The notes beneath the pieces are model-generated. The model saw nothing but the letters and a program-made list of their open reading frames with translations. It was not told where the DNA came from and did no database searches. Below are positions 57,915 to 64,000 of a stretch of DNA of 64,000 bases, in pieces. Position 1 is the stretch's first letter. Each line of letters begins with the position of its first letter. The DNA is from Schizosaccharomyces osmophilus (lineage: Eukaryota), in contig NC_079239.1 in assembly GCF_027921745.1 (NCBI RefSeq), forward strand, positions 186,001 to 250,000, given 5' to 3'. The translations under genes and the position numbers were made by a program.

Positions 57915-59351
57915 TTAACCGAAAAACACATAGTCGTGTGTACTCACATGCTCCGCCGTTGGGTGAGGTTCGTAAGATACCCGATGGAATTCACTTGGAG
58001 GATTTTGTGGCAATACAATAGACTCATCTTCCGAATTGTATATTGCTGCATCCACAAAACTAGCGTCTTGTCCCGCAGGCGGAGCACACGCTGGAATAAT
58101 TTGGATCGGCATTTTTATGCAATTTAATGTCCTAATAATGTTAATTTCTTTATGCTTCCTTAAATTATTTTTCAAATTCCCTCTTAATTTTTTCTTGTGG
58201 AACATTAGCTTGCTTACCTCCATTTAGACCCAACCAAAACTTGTAGTACGTATTCTACCTGAAAGTCTGATCCAACATTTATGGTTACTTCTTTTTGTGG
58301 AACCCGAATTTGACATTCCATCGTATGTGTTCCCAGCGTACTAATTTCTTGCCAATTACAGTAGCCGCTCTTTCTTTTGTCGTGGATCTCTTCCTTTTGT
58401 ACACATATCCAAATTTCTTTACGGATAGAATTACGCTTTTTTACTCGAGATAATGCGTCCGGTTGATCTTTTTTTCCCAATGGTCCTCGAAATATAGTAA
58501 TACGTTTGAAGAGCGACAGATTCAAATGTTTGATTTCGTAGTCGCCATAATTTTCCATTTTAACATATGCAATAATTGACTCTCCTCCTAGCCATTGCGA
58601 TCTCGGAAGCCTGACTGTAAGACGGTTTGCAGTATTTTGCTTGCAAAATCCTATTTTTGGTTTTGGTTTGCTGACACACAATAATGGGGGTGATAACAAG
58701 AAACTTGATGAAAGCATCTTAGGAAGAACGTTGATCTCTTGACATTCTCTTACCTTTTTTACTTTATCCCCAAATTGGTAAATCGCATTGCTTTTCTGGT
58801 TAGTCTTCTTCATTTATCTCAGGCCCGAAAAGTACGTACGCATAAATATAATAGTTTACTTTGAAGTGTGGAGTGCTTTGCCTTCCAGGACCTCCCGCTT
58901 GTCCGTAAAGGTCTATTTCAAAAGCTACTGGTATTCCTTGAGTGTGCTGAATAGCAATTGAATAATCGCCTGTTGTGTTCATTGCGTACTCTGCCAATTC
59001 GTTTGGAACTGTGTACTTTCGATCCATTATACTCTTTCCTGTACAAAAAAATACCGTTGGATGACCTTGTTTACACTGGCTGATCCCAAGAACCTGAACT
59101 TCGATTCGTATGAAATCAACCGATTGCTCTTTGGGTTTTACAGCTAAATGTATGAGTCCTTTCAACTCAGACTCTTGAAAGAATATTGGAGAATCAAATT
59201 CAAAAGTCAGTGCCACGTCTGACGACTTCAATTTAGGTGAAGACGTAAGTTCGTAGATGACTTCCTTGGCTGCATAATTCACTGTAGAGCATGAAATTAT
59301 TGTTTCGTTTTTCTTATGAAAAAATCTCTTGTCTCTTTTTATAACTTTCAT
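57915..59351 (-). CDS. Arrestin-fold protein (alpha-arrestin-like), 3 exons
   Basis: Three overlapping ORFs join via introns 58839-58791 (GTACGT..CTAAC..AAG) and 58217-58132 (GTAAGC..TTAAC..TAG). Exons 59351-58840, 58790-58218 and 58131-57915; 433 aa; beta-sandwich pattern WLGGESI...MENY...FQVEYVLQV; synteny. Confidence 0.7.
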
Positions 59352-59386
59352 TGCATTAAACAGATAGTTTGTTCTGACTAAAACAT

Positions 59387-59397
59387 TGTTTGTTTAC
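59387..59397 (-). promoter_or_regulatory. FLEX element upstream of arrestin gene
   Basis: TGTTTGTTTAC = rc GTAAACAAACA, 36 bp upstream of the ATG. Confidence 0.6.
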
Positions 59398-59779
59398 TTA
59401 TTACATATCGTTGAATCTTTATATTCCTAGTGTTTAGGAAAAACAAATGATGTCTGAACAACAAAAAAACAACTATGGTATGTTATCACCCAAGCGTAGT
59501 GACCTAAATTTTATCGGAAACACAAAAAAAACTTGGATAATATAAATTATTACTTACCGCATCTTTATTCTATCACCATATGAATGTTGGTAGTCAAGTA
59601 TATTCAAGATTCCACAGTTTCAATAAACAAATAATAGCATAAATCAGTGATATTACATTTTTAGTACTGAGTGTAGATATTGCATAAAACATAAGCCATC
59701 AAGAAAATTCTAAGCATGGTTGTATTAAAATTCAGAAAATCATAGAAGCATACACCAAAATTCGAGCTTTTTGAAAACT

Positions 59780-62474
59780 TTACCGTTCCTGGTGAGAGGT
59801 GCCGGAATGAGAGCTATCCTGTCTGGATAGAGAGCTGAAGTTGTCAAGTTCTATTTCTTTATCAAGATAATTCGGAGGGGCCGTTTGAGAGACATCATTT
59901 ATAGCACTGGCTCGTCCCGAATTTGAATATGAACGGGTTTTCTGTAGCTCATCATCGAAAATTTTTTTCAAATCATCGTTGTCTTGGATCGAAAATTGTT
60001 CAGATTCAATGGGATCCAACAAACTATCTTGATCATTATGTAACATGCTGTTTCCATGCTGTTCAGGGGAAAGTTGTTTCAAGTATGGATTTTTAGTCGA
60101 GAACATCGGCGGTTGAAAATCGCGTGAACTCCAATCACTCTTTGCACTGCTTGTCCTTCTAGGTGTTTCAAAAGACGGAATGTCGGACCTTTCTTCAGTG
60201 TCAGGCATATTTGGGTTTGATGATGAAGTAGGATTTGATGAGTTCCTTCTCGCTTCCTCAAAAAAGTCGGTCGGAATTGGTTGCTCATTGGTTTGAAATG
60301 CTTGCTCAGGATATTCTACTCCTTCGGGATTGATATAAGGGTTTGTTGAAGGCTGGCTTGCATATTTCTGATTAGCAGCGGTTGTTTTCCGACGACGTAA
60401 AGAAAAGGATGCCTCGTCAGCCTCGTCATCACCTTCTGTTTTCAAATTAGAGTGAGATGAAGAGTAAGGTAAGCCATGGGACGACGATTTCTTGTGTCGA
60501 GATATCCTCTGTGGACCAGTTACTGCTTCGTCGCTAAAGCCCAACGGAGACTTCTGGGTAGCCGAGTCAGAATGGTGAGAAAAGAGTTTTGGAAACTCGT
60601 TAGGTGAATTTAAGTGATGAGAATGATCTTGAAATTCTGCTGGTGAATCAGTCTTTTCTGACTTTTGACCATCCGCAGCAAAAGAAGAGGATGACTGATA
60701 ATTTGGAAAATCATTTTCGACCTTCACATCCTCATCATTTGATTCCGCAGGTTTCAAAAAACTGGCAAACGCATCATCAGCCAACTTGGCAATTTCTACT
60801 TCTCGCTTTGAAAGTTCATACGCTTTTTGGGAAGACGTATCCGTCTGGTTCGTAACCTGTGCTTCCAATTCACTGAGCTCTGGATAACGTAAAGCAATGG
60901 TATCCTCTAAATCTCCATGGGCAGATTCAGGTACCGATTTCGAACCTGTCTGTGAATAGTCAGTCGGTGTGTAGTGACTAGACGCACCTGTCGTGGAGTG
61001 GGAGACAGGAAATGGATTTTTGCTATTGCTTGAAACATAAGAAAGGGGTACGGAATCCGCAGCAACTGGAGTAGTATGAGATATTGGTTGCTGGTTATGG
61101 AAACTATAATTCCTTGAAGACCCCAAGTCCATTGGACGATTGATCGGTATATTCTGTTGAAGAGGAGCGGGAGTACGCATTTTTTGAGATGCACCAGACA
61201 CATTTGCTTGTACAAAGAATGGGTTTGACGCAGGATGAGATGGATAAGTAGGAGGCGTCATAGGAGCAACAGTAGGTCGAGAACTTTGAATATGAGAGGT
61301 GGGCATCGGCGCAGACGGAGGAATTTGTTGATTGAAGGCCAATCCTTGGGATTGTCTAGAGAGGGACATTACTTTTCTATTACCCATATCATAAAAGGAA
61401 GGATCGTTGCCGGCATAAAAGTCACCAAATGGCAATGGTTTTCCGCGAAGCCGACAAATTTCATACATTAATTGGAAAACGTTAGGACGTAAACAAGGGT
61501 TCGGCTGAAGCAAAGCGATAATAATATTCTTTAGGGAATGAGAATAACGAGGAAAAGGAGGAAAAGCATAGGTAGCATTGAGAATGGCATTTGGTCCTTG
61601 GGTTTCAAAAGGAGTAGTGTAATAGCAAAGCTTATAAAGTAGCACACCCAAAGCCCACATATCACTTTTTTCATCAATTGCAAGCCCAGCGTAAAGATTA
61701 ATCATTTCGGGGGCTCGATATTGAAAGGTAGTAAACGTAGCGAGATTCTTTTCCAATGCATGTATTTCAGTAGAGTTTTCTGCGGCATGCATGGGCTCGG
61801 TCACACTGCCAAAATCGCAAAGCTTGAAAGAAGAGAAAGAAGAAGTTAGCAGGATATTCTCAACTTTCAAGTCTCGATGGACCAATGGAGGCCGTAAACG
61901 ATGCATAGCCGCTACACCTTGAGTAACATCTGATATAATCTTCAACACTTCTACTTCTGATAATCGAGTCTGCAAACGCTGATTCATGAAATCAATAAGT
62001 CCACCACCAGAACAATATTCCATCAACAAAAGTACTTCATAATCATTCTTCTCTTCGTTTAAAGGAAGAAAAGAAGAGTCGTAATAAGTAACAACGTTGG
62101 GATTCGATATAAGCAATTTCTGTTTTTGAGGAGCATACGTTAGTAAATCCGGCAATATGAATTTTTCAATCTGCTTACCATTGTGTCAATTTCCAATTTA
62201 ATAGAATTTAACGCATGTTCGTCCGCTGCATACATGCGTTTTAAAACTGCTGGAAGAGGAGACCCGTCTGTTTTTGAGGATGTTTGCACAGCATACACAT
62301 GGGAAAAGCCACCTGAAACAAAGTTAGCATTTTCTTTCATTATAATCCTACGCGAAAAGTTGTCTTTTTACCTTCTGACAAGTACTTTTCGACAGTGATG
62401 TCGTATTTTCCGATCACATATTTCGATCCAACCAAAAGCTTGTCTTTAAAGAGAAAACCAGCGGTACCAGACAT
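59780..62474 (-). CDS. ppk29: Ark1/Prk1 (NAK)-family Ser/Thr kinase, 3 exons
   Basis: Exons 62474-62372, 62312-62179 and 62119-59780 restore [25 protein letters not shown] and TTFQYRAPE motifs; NPF motifs in the tail; 858 aa. Confidence 0.88.
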
Positions 62475-63602
62475 CCTATTGTTCCTTGCTTTCAGTCTTT
62501 CAGTAAGGATGAATTATCGCTGGACACAACCGGAGTGTAAAGCGACCGAAATCTGTTTTGTTCTATTAACCGTTAGTTTCTTTTTCTATGCCTTATTATT
62601 TTTACTCACTCTTTCCTCTGTAAATATATAAGATAAAACAACTTGTAATACTAATTTGCAGAGGGTGCGTTTTGTTTGTTCGTCCTTAGTACTTGGTATC
62701 TTCAGTAAGCTAGTTCTTCCAGCATACATCAGCAACACAAAGTAGGATAAAAAATCAGCGTTTCTTGTTTTTTTAATCTTCAATTTTGTTTTAAAATGTG
62801 ATTTTTCACCTTTACATATCGGTTTAGTCCTCTTCTTATAAGGCACCTTATGACTAACCATGCACAACTATGTGAGGTTGAAGTCAATAGCTTTCAAACC
62901 TGAAAAACGTATATCAAATATAACAGTCTACGCCGTCTTAAAGCTCTTCCTACGAAGCCAGGAAATCCAAAGTTATCTCCTTTCAGTTACAAGTCCTAAC
63001 AAAACGTTTGCTAGGTGCATTGGTTTTGAAGTTTCTTCAAAAGACACTTTGACTTTGTTTTATTGAAACACAAAGCAAGAATGAGTACCGTCGAGAAGTC
63101 TGACCACTGCAGTTAGAATTCCAATGCTATTTACTACCAAGTGTCAGCAATGTGCGAGGTGAGCTGAACGTAAGAATTTAAATGTTTACTGATCCAATTT
63201 ACTGTTACAAAGATAAGTAGGCTCTTTTTTTTAGCTTCTTTTGTCATTCCTATTGCTTCTTATTCACTTTTCTATGACAATTTGGTTTGTTTACATTATA
63301 GTGCATCACTAAAATACGTTATGCTGATTAGTGAGTCTTAAGCTCTTTTTCATGACTTCATTATTTGGGACAAAACATTTCGACCTAAATCAAAACGAAA
63401 AAAAAGCAGTAATTTGTGGATTGCTCATTTTCCTTCTTTAAGCGTATGTATCTTCATCTTTCCTATACAGTCTGGGCATCTAAAATTCCTCTGATTTAGG
63501 TTTGCTTTGTTTACGCTGTGGGGTGACAAATTGACATGTTTACTAACATTGGTACACAGAAAATAATCCCTTGAAATTCTTACTGGAGCGAATTACTTCA
63601 AA

Positions 63603-64000
63603 ATGTCAGGAACTAGAGTCACTAGAAGGTCACAGAGGCAACAGGAAGCTACGGGGAATGGTATGAATAAGCGCGAGCTGGAAGATCATGAAGCGCCTGT
63701 TTCGACCAAACCTTCGAAAAAGCGTGTCAAGGTTTCCAGCGGTCCTAAACCCGTAAGGACTACTGGAAAAAAACTGAACAGTATTCCCTCTCTCTCTACT
63801 GAACTGTTAGACGTTTTTGTTTTTGGTACTGGTTCCATGAATGAACTCGGCATGGGTGACTTAGAAGTCGACGTCGCTTATAGACCTCGCCTTAACCCAA
63901 ATTTACCAAGAGACAAGATTGGTGTCGTTGATTTGGCCGTTGGTGGCATGCACTCAGCTGTACTTTCTCATGATGGTCGCGTTTTCACATGGGGTGTCAA
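63603..64000 (+). CDS. pim1: RCC1-family Ran GEF Pim1, N-terminal part (3' truncated; absent from the ORF track)
   Basis: Hand translation from ATG 63603: MSGTRVTRRS...DVFVFGTGSMNELGMG...VVDLAVGGMHSAVLSHDGRVFTWGV (RCC1 repeat). Confidence 0.92.
   Translation, partial: MSGTRVTRRSQRQQEATGNGMNKRELEDHEAPVSTKPSKKRVKVSSGPKPVRTTGKKLNSIPSLSTELLDVFVFGTGSMNELGMGDLEVDVAYRPRLNPNLPRDKIGVVDLAVGGMHSAVLSHDGRVFTWGV

Noticed and set aside
57915..59351. Apparent frameshifted pseudogene (three overlapping ORFs)
   Set aside because: Canonical introns join all three ORFs in frame.
63142..63151. TGTCAGCAAT, resembling the start of a Tf-type LTR as I recall it
   Set aside because: The match stops after about 10 nt; no LTR body, terminal CA with target-site duplication, or retroelement ORF.

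Overview
AT-rich, gene-dense eukaryotic DNA with short GT...CTRAY...YAG introns, from a fission yeast (Schizosaccharomyces). The proteins are recognisable but diverged from the S. pombe sequences as I recall them, so this is probably a sister species such as S. octosporus, S. cryophilus or S. osmophilus; the species cannot be fixed from sequence alone. I count 30 protein-coding genes, the first and last truncated by the window edges. From memory their order is collinear with the S. pombe chromosome II block SPBC29A10-SPBC365-SPBC557: dbl8, tri1, gas2, pom152, ely5, exo1, psm1, pcf1, spo5, ccr1, C365.16-like, alp4, uge1, hba1, ish1, GRIP protein, arp5, KIN17, dfm1, tmf1, pmt3, slu7, RRM protein, rpl21, cox10, Sec14-like, pnc1, arrestin, ppk29, pim1. 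Nine genes were rebuilt by hand from splice signals. I found no tRNA, rRNA, transposon or CRISPR array, and no clearly foreign or novel multi-gene system. The best leads are: a carrier-like orphan membrane protein lacking SLC25 signature motifs; a stop-free in-frame intron in SUMO; a UGAAAC-rich DSR cluster in spo5; strand-biased forkhead/FLEX clusters; introns in non-coding sequence (pim1 leader, hba1-ish1 spacer); and two nucleoporin genes head-to-head 124 bp apart.
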